NCBI GenBank assembly: GCA_964016885.1
Contig: OZ024749.1
Coordinates: forward strand, 48,360,001-48,424,000
Direction of reading: 5' to 3'
DNA length: 64,000 nt
Origin: Eledone cirrhosa
Lineage: Eukaryota
The notes beneath the pieces were generated by a model. It had not been told where the DNA came from. It made no database searches and saw only the letters and a program-made list of their open reading frames with translations. The position numbers and the translations under genes are program-made. Shown piece by piece: positions 13,229 to 27,500 of this stretch (position 1 is its first letter; the number at the start of each line of letters is the position of its first letter).

Positions 13229-16199
13229 AAAGGGTATGATAAAGAGAATGTCAGCGACGACAAATAATACTGCGTTGATGCTGCTGAAGAGAAGATGATG
13301 CCGATAATGAAAAGGCATTATCGTATCATAATCAAAAGATTTCACCTTTACAGAATTGGGTTCTATTAATGATTTCCTTGAATTTCTGTTTCTTTCCTTC
13401 CTTCTAAATGCTTTAAACGTTTTCTCCAATGAAACTGAAATATTTTTTTTTTCAAAACTTCCTTCTTTTAAATTCTTAAGAAACATTTTTGGGGACGAGT
13501 TTAATGAATAGTTTAGAATCTGTCAAAACATTTCCGGTAATCTTTCACTGAAGAAAAGGGACTGCTCAATTAATTGAGAAATTACTTTTACGTTGAAAGT
13601 CACACACGAATGTTCTGCTGCTGCCATAATGTTGTATTTGTTGTTGTTCTTTGTCTCACTCGATTTATATTCTATTTTGTACGGTAGCGTTAATGCTAGA
13701 TGAATAATTATACATTTGATTACATTACGCATTCTCTCATTCCTTAAATTTTAATTCATTGCTGAATGCAGGTATTGTGTTGATTAATGCTATCGAGAAT
13801 ATTTCTCCACTTTTAATTTGAGCAAAAAACGAATTTCAGAACAATTGTAGAGAAAACCTTAACACGCATAGAATACAGAAATCAGAAATTATAAGGGTAA
13901 ATATACAGGGATTGGTAGGAGTCATATATTTGACATATGTTCTGCTTAGTAACAGAATTAAAATAACCATCGCACATAATGATACTCATGGTCGTATGTT
14001 TCTGTTTATTAAAATTCTGAATTGACTTACGCAGATGTGACATCAGTTCATTAAGCCTGGCAATTATAAACAGTTCTATTGAATACAGAAAAGGAATGGT
14101 TCATTTTAATTCATATTCATCTGTTTTGTATGACATAATCTGGTACTTGTTTGTTGACGATTATGTTTGTATCATTATTAAATTCTTGTTAATGTTGTCG
14201 CTCATAATTTCGTTCGAATTATTTTGCTCTGGTTTAATTGCCTTTGAACAAGATTATAATCAACGGTATTTTGTTGAATATTGCTTCATTTTCTAATAAT
14301 TATTTCCTATTTCTATGATTGTATCGTTTTATCTGAAGGAGATTTGCTTGCTACATCTAGTTTCCCACACAACCACTTAAATGTCATGTCCACATATATG
14401 TCGCCATATATGCATCAGATGTGGTGGTTTGATAGATTTGTGCATATTAATGGCAACACCGGGGAAAAAGCCTTTATAGATTAAGTTACGTCTCGTTAGG
14501 TCCTGAGTGTAAATATCACTAAACACAAGTGAGGCCAAGTCATGAGCATAAAATATCCCCAACTTTCATATATTAGTGCCCAAATACTGTAGCATATATA
14601 CATGCATTAAATGCTTCATATTTCAGCAAATATTAGTCATAATGATATTTCATACTATCACATGTTTTAAATAAATCATGACATTTTTTAGTATAGTTAA
14701 TTGAAATATTTACTTTTTATTTATTACTAAACTAAATCATATGCTTCTATTTTTACAGCCCCCAATGCATTCTGTTAAATTTGAGTCATCACAAAGATTT
14801 ATTCATCAAATATATTTTTATGTATGTGAATTCGTCCAGATGCATATTACCTGAATATCTATTCCAAAACTCATGTCATTGTGTGTTGAGGTTGTTTTGC
14901 TAGATTTTATTAGATACAGTGATCTATGTTTATTACTGTAATACCTATATTTCTAGGCCAGTTTGTGAAACATTCCCTAAACTTTATTTTTCTATGTGCA
15001 TTCATCTTAGATTGCTCTCCTTATACGCATTATGTACCTTATTCCCCTTTTATCAGATTGGAAATTGGCATACAAATATTGTCTTACGTAATCCGATGAT
15101 TTTTTGTTTATTTGTATCAATCGTATGTATACCCTGCTAAAAGTTTATTAATATAGTTAACATGTAACTTAATATTCTTTCGTTGACATGTAACTTAAAT
15201 TTCCTTCGTTATATATATATATATATAATACTCTAGTTTGTTTATTTGGATGAATATTGCATAGTCTTGACATTTCGACCTTCAATCCTGTTATATTCTC
15301 TCATTTTGTTATCCATGTTCTCCCTTTCACTCCTGCCCTCTGCGCATGTTTCAGTGTATTCAATTGATTATTCCATATTCTACCTGCTTGTCATTTTCTG
15401 TGGTGAAAAAAATATTCACACAGTCTGCAGTAGAAATGAAATCTTGGCGCATTGCTCACTATAGAACTTTGTGAGATATATTCTATATTATCTAGATTTT
15501 TGGGATTGTATATACAATTATAGATAATAGGACTCTTACCACTGAAATGAAATGTGTATCCCGGATTTCAGACATAGCATAGTTAAAAGAAATATCATCT
15601 ATTCTGGCGTCTCAACTTTGTTGATTAAACCCTAATAAATCTTTAATAAATTGATTACAGATTTGATCGTAACTTCTTGGTGTGTTTTACCGAATATATT
15701 TTTCGTATTTCTTTTTCAACATTATCGAAATTCGTGTGTGATTACAATAAGATATATACATTAGCTCAAACCACCAGTCCAATCCTCATTTTTTGGTTAA
15801 TGGTTTCGTTTCAATTTATATCCGATCAAATGAAGAAGTGCATCATTTAATTCCCATCTCCCTATGCTATGTGTTTCATATGATAATTGGGACGTTAGCA
15901 TTCTGATCGGGATTCAATTATTTTAGCAATTTAAAAAAGAAACACACATATTTAGCAGTTAATATTTCAATTTCTTTAACATTCACGTATATAACTCTTT
16001 TATCTCAAGCGTACATCTAACATTTAGGACATTCATTTTAAACAATTGAAATTCATTAGTTGTTAAGTTCACTTAGAATTCGATAAATAATACAGCCTAC
16101 AGCAGCACATCTGTGGTAACCATTAAATTACTGTAATTGAAAGACAGCCATAGCATTTCTGGAAGTTTATCTGACTTGGGGGTAGATATTACATTTCCA

Positions 16200-16612
16200 A
16201 AAAGCACCGCATGTTCCTATCATCTAAGGAAAGTTTGTTTTAATGACAAGTTAACAAGAATTTCCATTGACAAATCATTCGAATGTGGAGTTATAACCAT
16301 TAAGAGCTTTCCAAATTATTCCTTCAGTGGCTCATAATTCTCCATCTATTGATGCTCTTTACCTTTCACCCTGCATTATCATGGGACTGATATAACTATT
16401 ATTTGGACCTGTATTAGTTATTCTTGTTCACAGGTACACTGCCTGGCCTAATTGCTTCGACCTTTGTATCACATAGAATGGTGAAGTCCCAATAAAATTT
16501 AAATTCGTCATTATCTACCACACCATCTAATCTCTGCTCATACTCTTCGTTTGCTCTCACAAACACACACTCCTCAGATATCATGAAACACATATATCTG
16601 GCAACACTTTAA
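16200..16612 (-). mobile_element. Degraded R4/Dong-like LINE fragment (restriction-like endonuclease region)
   Basis: Minus strand reads ...GVVDNDEFKFYWDFTILCDTKVEAIRP..., matching the ILWNFSIQKDRTIDANRPD segment of the 18.3-18.8 kb copy. Boundaries are approximate. Confidence 0.6.
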
Positions 16613-16627
16613 TTATTTTTATCTGTG

Positions 16628-16832
16628 GGCGGTGGATTGGCAGTATCGGACGCCATACTTTGCAGCATAGTGTTACGGCCCTTTATGATCTGATTTCAAA
16701 TCCGGCCGAGGTTAACTTTGCCTTTGATCCTTACGGAGTCGGTAAAATAATGTATCAGTCACGCACTGTGGTCGACTTAAACGACTTTCCCTTTCCCCCA
16801 AAAGTGCTGGCCTTATGCCTATATAAGAAACC
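16628..16832 (+). mobile_element. tRNA-derived SINE
   Basis: A-box-like TGGCAGTATCGG and a decayed B box, followed by the core GAGGTTAACTTTGCCTTT.ATCCTTACGG.GTCG.TAAAATAA shared with about nine other copies in the window. Confidence 0.85.
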
Positions 16833-16859
16833 ATTACTATTATTGTCTGCATTAGTATT

Positions 16860-16889
16860 CGTAGTAGTACGAGTAGTAGCAGCAGCAGC

Positions 16890-16944
<55 letters not shown>

Positions 16945-16988
16945 TAAGTTGTTGTTGTTATTGCAGTAGCAGTAGTAATAGCAGCAGC

Positions 16989-17060
<72 letters not shown>

Positions 17061-17085
17061 TACAGCATCAGCATCAGCATTAGCA
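16860..17085. repeat. (TAG)n/(CAG)n microsatellite
   Basis: Directly visible. Confidence 0.95.
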
Positions 17086-17199
17086 TACTGATTTAATGGC
17101 AATACACAATGCAGTAATGTACCTAAATGCAGTTACACATTTTTTTGTTTGTTCGTTTTGTTTTCTCTTCCCATTGTATTTAATATATTCCACATATTA

Positions 17200-17690
17200 G
17201 ACGCTTAGAGCCTAGTATCGTTTCTATTTTGTCTATGCTGTGTGTATTCGTAATTCCTGATGTTTCGGTATATATTTATCTGCATATTTCTTTTTAATCA
17301 TTCCCCAGACACTTATTGTTTTATGGATTGTTTTTGTCTTGAATCAATATAATCTGCCTATCTCTATTTCTACATGTTCATATTTGAACAATTTATTTAT
17401 TTATTTTAGAGATGTATTTTCGTTTGTTGGAACTAATGCATCGATTAGTTAGTAGATCATTTCCCTGGGAGTCCTTGACAACGATATCCAGTCAATTCCA
17501 ACATAGCAGATTATGGAGGTTTTCTCATTTTATTTTTATTTTTACTTCACGTTTGTTTATTTCTTGCGTAGTTATGGTGGCAAGGGCTCTCTCAATAACG
17601 TTGTACAGAAGAGCCTACGCGATTGGGGATTGTACAGAGTGCTTGCACTCGGGTATTTAGTCTGAATAATTGCAATTTTCTTGCAGTTGC
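17200..17690 (-). mobile_element. Degraded R4/Dong-like LINE fragment
   Basis: Frameshifted minus-strand pieces DIVVKD, KLFKYEHVEIEIGRL, KTKTI and GMIKK are colinear with the 18266-18712 protein. Confidence 0.6.
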
Positions 17691-17748
17691 ATCATTATTA
17701 TTATTATTATTAAAAGATGCATGTGTGTGTATATATGTTTTATTATCA

Positions 17749-17798
<50 letters not shown>

Positions 17799-17800
<2 letters not shown>

Positions 17801-18100
17801 AGTTGCATTTATCTTGCTTTATGTTCATACGAGTTATCACCAAGTCACAACCAGTGACCTCAAGAGACAACAAGGTCCGCCATGTTCAAGAAAGAACATA
17901 CATACTCACACATGCATCTTTAGTGTTTAGACTTGTGATGTACTTATATTGACAGAATCTTCCTTAGTATATGGGCAGTTCCCATTAGTACTATCTTTTG
18001 TATTTCACCTATACGCGGGTTTCCTGAGATTTTCGATAAGTAATCATTAGACCCCTTAGGTATCATTCCTAGAGCGCCTACAACCACTGGTATTGTTTTA
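17799..18100 (-). mobile_element. R4/Dong-like LINE 3' end (last ~50 codons + 3'UTR)
   Basis: Near-identical to 18120-18422; encodes KTIPVVVGALGMIPKG...GTAHILRKILSI*. Bounded by (TTA)n on both sides. Confidence 0.9.
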
Positions 18101-18119
18101 TTATTATTATTATTCTTAT

Positions 18120-18788
18120 TACAGTTGCTTTTATCTTGCTTTATGTTCATACGAGTTATCACCAAGTCACAACCAGTGACCTCAAGAGACAACACGGTCC
18201 GCCATGTTCAAAAAAGAACATACATACTCACACATGCATCTTTAGTGTTTAGACTTGTGATGTACTTATATTGACAGAATCTTCCTACGTATATGGGCAG
18301 TTCCCATTAGTACTATCTTTTGTATTTCTCCTATACGCGGGTTTCCTGGGATTTGCGATAAGTAATCATTAAACCCCTTAGGTATCATTCCCAGAGCGCC
18401 TATAACCACTGGTATTGTTTTAGTTCTGAATTTCCACATTTTTCCAATTTCTATCTCCAGGTCCTTATACTTGCTCAATTTTTCAAATGTTTTTATAGAT
18501 ACATTCTTGTCTATTGGAACAGACATATCAATTAGCAGGCATACCCTCTTTTTAAAGTCCTTCAATATTATATCAGGTCTATTTGCATCTATTGTTCGGT
18601 CTTTTTGGATGCTAAAGTTCCACAAGATTGAGATGTGATCTTTTTCAAGTATGGGAGGTGGTTGATGCTCCCACCAATTCTTTTGATGGGGCATGTCAAA
18701 ATGCTTACACATTATCCAATGTATGTATTGTGCAGCTCTATCATGCCTGTTTAGGTATTCGGTTGGAGCTATAGGACTTCACAATGAA
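18120..18788 (-). mobile_element. R4/Dong-like LINE, 5'-truncated
   Basis: Restriction-like endonuclease ORF plus about 145 bp of 3'UTR. Both ends abut (TAA)n, the established target of Dong elements. Confidence 0.9.
18266..18775 (-). pseudogene. C-terminal restriction-like endonuclease (PD-(D/E)xK-type) domain of a non-LTR retrotransposon
   Basis: EYLNRHD...IHW...ILWNF.IQ.D..I.ANRPDII......CLLIDMSVP...EKLSKYKDL...PVVIGALG: the RHD, PD..D and K..KY motifs of R4/NeSL-type elements. Confidence 0.88.
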
Positions 18789-19000
<212 letters not shown>

Positions 19001-19069
19001 AGGCTAGGGTATTAGTACATACAGAATCATCTGTAATAAAGCCCTCACATCCAATTACTTGTTTCCATT

Positions 19070-19230
19070 TAAATTCAAATTTAAAATCCCAGCGGGCTTG
19101 ACTTTACCTTTTGTCCATCGGGAATCCATAAAACTAATACCATTGAAGTATCGATGTCGATTAAATAGGAACACCCTATACCACACTCCCACTTTAAATT
19201 ATTTGGTATTGTGCCAAAGTTTGAAAACAT
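19070..19230 (+). mobile_element. Diverged SINE copy
   Basis: GACTTTACCTTTTGTCC...GGGAATCCATAAAA...TGGTATTGTGCCAAA resembles the SINE core and tail. Confidence 0.55.
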
Positions 19231-19609
19231 TAGTATTATTTTCAACCAATTGCGTATCGTTTTTCATAACACATTACACAATTTTCTTCTTTCTGCTTAC
19301 AGAAAAAAAAACAAAACTGTTTCTAGTTTCACGTTTAAGTATCTACATGACTGTGCAAACTATTCGAAAGAGCTACACAATATCATTCTGGTACCGACAT
19401 TAATTTTGACACAATGAAGGGTAGGATAATATGGTGCTAGAATCCTATACAAAATACCTATTTTATTATAGGTTTGCTCAATTATGTTCACAACTGGAAT
19501 AAACAATCAGGGCAACAATATTAACACCACCAGCAATAACATATCCTTTCAATATTCTGGCGTGTGATTTATATTTGAGAATGTGTGGCTCTCCTCTCTG
19601 AAACTCTCG

Positions 19610-20457
<848 letters not shown>

Positions 20458-21415
20458 TAGATAGATATATATATAGAAAGAGAGAGTGAGACAGATTTCT
20501 ATATCTCAGACACATTCATACGCCACGTGCTCTATCGCTATTTCTCTATATCTCTCTTTTTCTTTCGACTTATCTCTTTCTCCCGCCTACTCTGTAGTCT
20601 GTAGACTTTTATACGTTGGTTTTGTAGTTGTTTCTTCCATTTCAATGAGCAATATTACGTGGTTAATTCTCGCTTGCCTCTTCAACTGATATACATTACC
20701 TCATATCTACTTTGCAGATATTCGGCTAGGTTTTATGAACTATTGCTCCTTATGCTCAATTTAATATGTCCGCGAATCCTCTGCTGTTTAATTCTGTCCG
20801 AAAACATCAGCCGAACTTTCCTATAATTAGTCTATTTAATAGCTTCCGTTTCGTTGCTGCCTGCTTTTATTAGATTTTTCCCCTTAGCTGCCACTGTTAA
20901 CATAATCGATCCGTGCAGCTCATTCGAGTGGGATATGCCGTAAAATGTCAATGGATTTCTTGTTTTTCAAACCAAATCACTTCTTCAGATTTACAATTCA
21001 ATATCACAGATCCATTACTTCCCTGTGAATAGCGTAAGATATTGAATCATTGCACTAGTTTGGGTCTATTGAATAATTGCACTAGTTTGGTTCTGATATT
21101 TTTTTCAGAGACGGTATGCCATCCTAAGAAACATTTTTTTGTCAGGACTATTTCGATCCTAATGTTCTAAACCTATCGACATATACTCTGCCTTTCATCT
21201 TTCCACGGTCGTAAAGTAAAATCTTTGATAGCGAAGAATAAATCTGTGGTATTGCAATTTATATTCACTTCGTTCAACTATAGAGTCCGTAATTATATAT
21301 TGTGTATATATATATCGCGGCCTGGATCATATATGTAATGTAAGTATGCATGTATGTATACATGTATGTGTGTATGTATTTATGCATCTATATATATATA
21401 TATATATATACATAA

Positions 21416-21610
21416 AACAAAAGACGTGTGGTTGGAAACCAGATGGGCCATAACGGACCAGAGTAGTCAATACTTAATGTAGTAGAGTGGGTAATAGGAA
21501 AAAAGTTTAACCCCGGCGGCCAAGCTCAAATCCAGAAATAGCCGTCGAGACGGCTTGAGCTCTGCCGTCGAACGGCTTGAGCTCTGCCGTCGGGGTTAAA
21601 CACTGTCCTA
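21416..21610 (-). mobile_element. Fold-back element family 1, copy 2
   Basis: Reverse-oriented tail homologous to 3609-3686. The inverted arm starts at TCCAGAAATAGCCGTCG (21531) and the stem-III unit is duplicated. (TA)n on both sides. Confidence 0.75.
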
Positions 21611-21807
21611 TATATATATATATACATGGGGAGCGCGTTTGTGTATAGGAATTTGCCAGTTTAAATTAGTAAGATAATTATTCAGCAGTGTACAATATAT
21701 CATCATCATCATCATCATCATCAGGTTTAGCGTCCGTGTTCCACGCTTGCATGGGTTTGGACGGGGGTTTTCCCACTTGAGGCAAGAGTGGTTGTCTTGC
21801 TCGCATA

Positions 21808-22038
21808 GGACTGTCTGGCGGGTTTTCTACAGTTGGATGCCCTTCCTAACACCAACCACATTTACAGTGTGGGGCTGGGAGGTTTTTACCGTGTTGCCTA
21901 CACGGCCACATTACAGCGTGGACTGTCTGGCGGGTTTTCTACAGCTGGATGCCCTTCCTAACACCAACCACATTTACAGTGTGGGGCTGGGAGGTTTTGA
22001 CCGTGTTGCCTACACGGCCACATTTACAGCGTGGACTG
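21808..22038. repeat. ~112-bp tandem duplication in the RTE 3'UTR
   Basis: GGACTGTCTGGCGGGTTTTCTACAG... starts at 21808 and again at 21920; a third start at about 22033. Confidence 0.9.
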
Positions 22039-22217
22039 TGTGTTTTTTTGTCGTGACACCTACACGATCTCATTTGTTTCGGCCTGGATGTTGTGGGACC
22101 AACATAACTTTACATTGAAAGGGGCGGTGTGGATGGGGTGGAGGTGGTCGGACGGGGGGGGGGGGGGGGGGGGTTGATAGAGATGCCTACTGACTATAGT
22201 AGGTTTTTACTTTGTAT

Positions 22218-24185
22218 TTAGGTAAGGCGGGTCTTCTCTATTACTGAGTACCGCCAAAGGTCTCGGTCCAGTGACATTGTCTTGGAGAGGTGTAAGCGTG
22301 TGAGGTCGGAATTTATCAGCTCGTCCCATGTTTTTCTGGGTCTGCCTACTCCGTGGCTACCGTCTATCTTTGTTGCCCTGCACTTTGTTATACAGCTGTC
22401 GTCTTTCATGTGCATCACGTGACCATACCAACGTAGCCTTCTCTCGAGTAAACAACATCTGATCCCTCTTATTTCTAATTTTGTCCTTAGTTCGTTTATG
22501 CTTTGCCGTTCACGTATATTACTATTGCACATCCAGCGGAGCATGCAAGCTTCGTTCCTCTCTAGTCTGCGTATATCCTCTGCACACAATGCCCAGGTCT
22601 CACTGCCATGCAGCATTGCTGTTCGTATGCAGGCATCGTATAACCTGCCTTTCATTTTTAGGGAGAACCCTCTAGCGGCTAATAGTGGTATAAGCTCTCT
22701 GAACTTTTTCCATCCAGTTCTGACTCTAGCTACTGTACTTTCAGAGCACCCTCCCCCACTGCTGATTTTGTCACCCAGGTAACGGAAGCTGTCCACTATT
22801 TCTATAGAACCCTCTGCGCAGTTGAAGGAGCTAGTATTTTGTGGGCACTTGCTGCTACTTATTGCACCAGAGCACCGGCCACATGTAAAATCTATGTTCT
22901 TAGTTAGCTTACCTGTGATCCCACTACATCTTTTATGCACCCATACTTTGCATTTGGGACATAAAATGGAGTTTCTACCTACGCCTTTCCTACACACTGA
23001 GCATGGCCATTTCCCAGATGGGACTGCCGCCTTATTTTCTTTCCTACAAACTAGAACTTTAGTCTTAGCCAGGTTAATTTTAAGGACTTTTGATTCTAGG
23101 CCGTGCTTCCATGTTTGGAATTTCTTCTCTAGTTCGGTCATTGATTCAGCTATGAGCGTTAGATCATCTGCGTATAGGAGTTCCCATGGGCAGCCGGTCT
23201 TGAACTCCTCTGTTATAGCCTGAAGGGCAATAATAAATAGTAGAGTGCTAAGAACAGAGCCCTGATGGACACCAACTTTTACGCTAAACTCTTCACTATA
23301 TTCGTTGTTAATTCTAACCTTACTGACTGTTTCTTTATACATGGCTTGTATAGCTCTCACAAGCCATTCGTCAACACCTAGTTTTCTAAGAGACCACCAG
23401 ATAATGGAACGGGGGACTATGTCGAAGGATTTCTCCAAGTCGACGAAAGCTAAGTATAGGGGTTTACTTTTAGCTAGGTACTTCTCCTGTAGTTGTCGTA
23501 CGATGAAAAGAGCGTCTGTGGTACTTTTGCCTGACACAAATCCGAACTGCATTTCATCTAGATCAATTCTCTCTCTGTTTAGTTGCGCTATTACTTTTTC
23601 CGTGACCTTCATGACCTGGTCGATTAATTTAATGCCTCTATAGTTACTCCTATCTAGGGCATCTCCTTTTCCCTTATAGCAGTTAACGATGATGCTGCTA
23701 CGCCAGCCCTTCGGAACAACCCCATTCTGTACGACTTGGTTAACTATCCGGGTGACCATGGTGTGTCCCACCGAACCAGATGCCTTCAGCATCTCAGCAA
23801 CTATTTCCGAAGGACCAGCCGCCTTACCCGTCTTCATATCTTTGATTGCCTTGCTTATTGCACTACCCTGGACTAACACTGCTGGTCCCTCTATTGGGTC
23901 GATGTGGGGGAGAGTGTCTTTCTCCCATTTGTTCTCCTCATTTAGAAGCCTTTCGTAGTGACACTTCCAAGCTACCTTCTTATCAGCGTCGGTGATGGCA
24001 AGTATGCCATCATCGTTAAGTACACACTTCTCCCCGACAATATCACGGTTTTCCTTGACACATTGCCTGGCAATCCTGAACACCTCACGTTTTTGGTCCT
24101 CACGTTGTAGAACATGCTTGAACTTTCTTTCCTCTGCTTCCCTTCTTGCGAAGTACACTTGTCTCCTAGCTTCCCTCCTGGCCAC
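22218..24185 (-). CDS. RTE-type reverse transcriptase with embedded PHD-like zinc finger (partial)
   Basis: NYRGIKL, QFGF, FVDLEKSFD, GVHQGSVLS, LLYADD, FRYLG, LRWYGHV, GRPRKTW; CSVC...C..C..WVH..C...CGRC. The frame continues upstream past one TGA (24204-24206) to about 24552 (QHRLIISD...WWWN). Confidence 0.93.
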   Translation of the reverse strand: MARREARRQVYFARREAEERKFKHVLQREDQKREVFRIARQCVKENRDIVGEKCVLNDDGILAITDADKKVAWKCHYERLLNEENKWEKDTLPHIDPIEGPAVLVQGSAISKAIKDMKTGKAAGPSEIVAEMLKASGSVGHTMVTRIVNQVVQNGVVPKGWRSSIIVNCYKGKGDALDRSNYRGIKLIDQVMKVTEKVIAQLNRERIDLDEMQFGFVSGKSTTDALFIVRQLQEKYLAKSKPLYLAFVDLEKSFDIVPRSIIWWSLRKLGVDEWLVRAIQAMYKETVSKVRINNEYSEEFSVKVGVHQGSVLSTLLFIIALQAITEEFKTGCPWELLYADDLTLIAESMTELEKKFQTWKHGLESKVLKINLAKTKVLVCRKENKAAVPSGKWPCSVCRKGVGRNSILCPKCKVWVHKRCSGITGKLTKNIDFTCGRCSGAISSSKCPQNTSSFNCAEGSIEIVDSFRYLGDKISSGGGCSESTVARVRTGWKKFRELIPLLAARGFSLKMKGRLYDACIRTAMLHGSETWALCAEDIRRLERNEACMLRWMCNSNIRERQSINELRTKLEIRGIRCCLLERRLRWYGHVMHMKDDSCITKCRATKIDGSHGVGRPRKTWDELINSDLTRLHLSKTMSLDRDLWRYSVIEKTRLT

Positions 24186-24551
24186 TTGATAGTCTTCTCT
24201 ACTTCACCCATCCCGCCATGCTTTCCAAGCCTGCTTTTTGGCCTTAATTGACTCCTCCACCTTACTGTTCCACCACCATGTTACTCTCCTCCTACCTACA
24301 GGCCTGCTCCAGCCACAGACTTCGTCTGCCGCCGTCAGCAGGTTTGCTCTCAGGAATTCCCACTGTTCCTCTATATTATACGACTCTAATTGCTCTTCCT
24401 TACTGTCGAAAGCGTCAAGTAATATGCTTTGAAATTTATTTCTGGCTATGGGGTCCTTTAGCTTCCATATTTTTCTCCTGAGGATAGTCCTCTTCCGCTG
24501 TCTAGTACGTCTCGTCCTGACTATGAGGTCGCTAATTATCAGTCTATGTTG

Positions 24552-24588
<37 letters not shown>

Positions 24589-27500
24589 CCGCTAGCTTCA
24601 CTTGGTATTCATTTTAAATGTTATCTCAATAACTTAATCTTACGACCTACAACACTGCAAAAGAGTGAGGAGTGGTAGGAATATATATACTGTATATATA
24701 TATATATATATGTATTTATAACATCTTGTTTTATATATACAGATATATCGTGTGTACAATGATGGTGTTTGTGTATATCGTTATATAAAGTGCGTCTTTT
24801 AGATTTAAAGTTCGGTACACTATAGCATTAAAACTAAATACATATAACATACTAATAATTTGTGAATTTAACATACTTCCAAATATGTGCTATACATGCA
24901 AATCGGTACTTCCGAGTTACTCTGACACACAAAGCTTTTGTTTGTTGACCCTGAAATATGTACATAAACACTGATAACATCTGAGTAGTTCTTTCTGCGA
25001 AGTTACCTATTCCTATATATATGTGGTTCCGAAGAGGTGCATGTGAAACAAGTGGTACTAGAAACATAATATACTACTTAAATTTGGTGTAGTTAGTAGC
25101 TACGAGAGGTTTATTCTTTAGTAAATATTTAATATAATTCTGTTTTTAACTTAAGTACATATTGATATTGTTTTATACCTGTACATATGAACACTTGATG
25201 ACAATTGTAATTAGGCGTAGAATACGGTGAGAGTGTTAAAGGAATTGAATGCTATATTATACAAAACAAAAAATAAAGTAGAATTTCTGGTGAAATGCCA
25301 TGAATGTTGTTTAATAATTTGCATCACAATCATCATTCATTATTTCGATCACAATACGTGATATTTTGGGCCGATGTCATTTGCCATAGGCTTGGGCCCT
25401 TACAAATATTGTGAGGGAAATTGTGATGGTGGAAATGTTTTGGATAGCAATCAGATGCATTTTCCGGATTATTCTAATTGTTAATCTTATAACATTCTTT
25501 ATCATGCTAGATCATGCCGTTAAATGTATCTGTGATTGTAGAATACCCAGTCACATACTTGTTACATTGAAGAACAAGCTGTACATTGATCAAAGAAATT
25601 TGAAAAATTATCGGTGTTCTATATGCGTGTGAGTGTGTGTGTTTCCGTGTTCGAGTACGTGAGTGAGTGTGTATATTTTAATAATTCAAATGGTGAAATA
25701 TATTTGAAATTAATGATTGGGAGGTGGGATTGGTTTCCATGGAAATCTGCTAAAATTCGCTAATGCTTTAATTCGTTTTCGTGAAGTATTTTCCTCTTGA
25801 TATAAAGAAAACTTAATCTCGTTATGATTGGAAAACACGTAGGTCCCAGTCACAAATTATACTGCATATCAATTATTACAGAACTATGATTATTACAAAG
25901 GTTACAACATTGCATTTATAACGTAATTTGATTTATGTAGGTATGTACATTTTTCTTCCCGGACGAATATATGTGCGTGCACGCGCATGTGTGTGCTGCA
26001 TTGTTATCAGATTTCATTATTTTATTTAGTTTCATATGAGAAAGAGTTTATATTTTTTTGCGGCATTTTTTTTTCAATGATTTCTCCTATACAACCGAAT
26101 AGAAAAATCTTAAATAAAATCGAATATATAATGCAATACTGTTTTATAGATTTATTTATTTCTTTTTCTATAGAAATCCGAATACCGGAAAATGCATTTA
26201 TTCCTGCTCTGAGTGCGCATACCCAAATGGTATAAATTTTACTATTCTATCACAGCTTGTATCATTGTGCATTAATAATACACTATTCTTTAGGAAGTTG
26301 GGGTGCAGAAAGCTGTTTGAATGAAATAATTCATTGATGCTATGCAAGGAATATAACAATCTGTTATCAACAACTAAAAGGGAAAGTAATAAAAGGCGGT
26401 ATGAAAAGGAATTCGTTTGCTTGTATCAAAAAGGGTGAGAAATATAGCGTCATGGCAGTGTTTAACAATATAACGAACTGTATATATTTGTGAATATTAA
26501 GTTCGATATTTACCTGTACATGTAAGTTATAAGGTTTATTAAGTTACTTCATGACGAATGGTATGATTTAATTACAAATTCTGTTACATTTGCATCGTTG
26601 TATTATAAACGAAAAATAAAATAAAAACGAAACAAATAAAACTCATGTTTGTACGCCTTTTTCATATTACTGAATGAAATGTCCTAGGTAAGAAGCCTTA
26701 CATTTCGTCCTTTAAATGCATTTAAAGAAATGCTTGGGTATATCGTATTGTCGATATTAGGATAGGTTTCTAATATGAAACTAGCAAAACAGAATAGACG
26801 TAGTAGAAGAAAATATTGTAAGCATCAAAATGTTCATAAGTACCAAACAAATTAATTAGATATATTGAGAGAATTACAGTTACACCCACTTAAGAAGAAG
26901 GAGTTAAGTATTTTCACAAATTACAGATGAAGAATATTTGCTCGAAATGTCATATGTTTCTATTTTATGAAATTTACTCGAATTTTACAGGCCAAATTTA
27001 ACTACTTGCATTTTAATGTGAATTGATAGATGATATTTACCTAAGATGTAGATCAATTATACTATTAAAGGAATGTCGACGTATCAAGAGCAAATATAAA
27101 TTACCAATGGCCAGTAGTCTTATAATCATGCTTATAGATACCACTCTGAGGGTCCATCACAATAAAAACCTCTCAAGAAACAAACGAATTCCCAATATGA
27201 GATATAGCCCCCTCACCGATCAAATGTATTTCGTTCTTGGTGAATATGAAAACATCAACTTAGATTCATCAAGGCCTATTGTATGCCCAAATCAGGAAAC
27301 TATTCATCAACATAAAAGAGATCGCGAACTAAGACCATTCAGTAAGAGATGGCTCAAGTTAAATAGTTCAATGTTTGCTGCTTAGAATTCCACGGTCGTC
27401 CACATGAAATTTGCCATATTATTTTGTTTTCGTTTATTTCGTACGCGTATTGTGTATTATATCAAGAGATTTCGTCGAATTCAACATCTGATTACTGAGA

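Larger units (their letters stand above)
21701..24553 (-). mobile_element. RTE-clade LINE, 5'-truncated
   Basis: RT ORF, a 3'UTR with the GGATGCCCTTCC motif (as read on plus), and an (ATG)n tail seen as (CAT)n at 21701-21722. The 5' end abuts (TA)n. GC content is much higher than the flanks. Confidence 0.95.

Noticed and set aside
13181-13732. Two in-frame minus ORFs separated by one TGA, with a KSFD-like motif
   Set aside because: No further RT or other motifs; it runs into an (AAT)n repeat; no support for read-through.
21747-24678. Multiple plus-strand ORFs
   Set aside because: Antisense shadows of the GC-richer RTE element.
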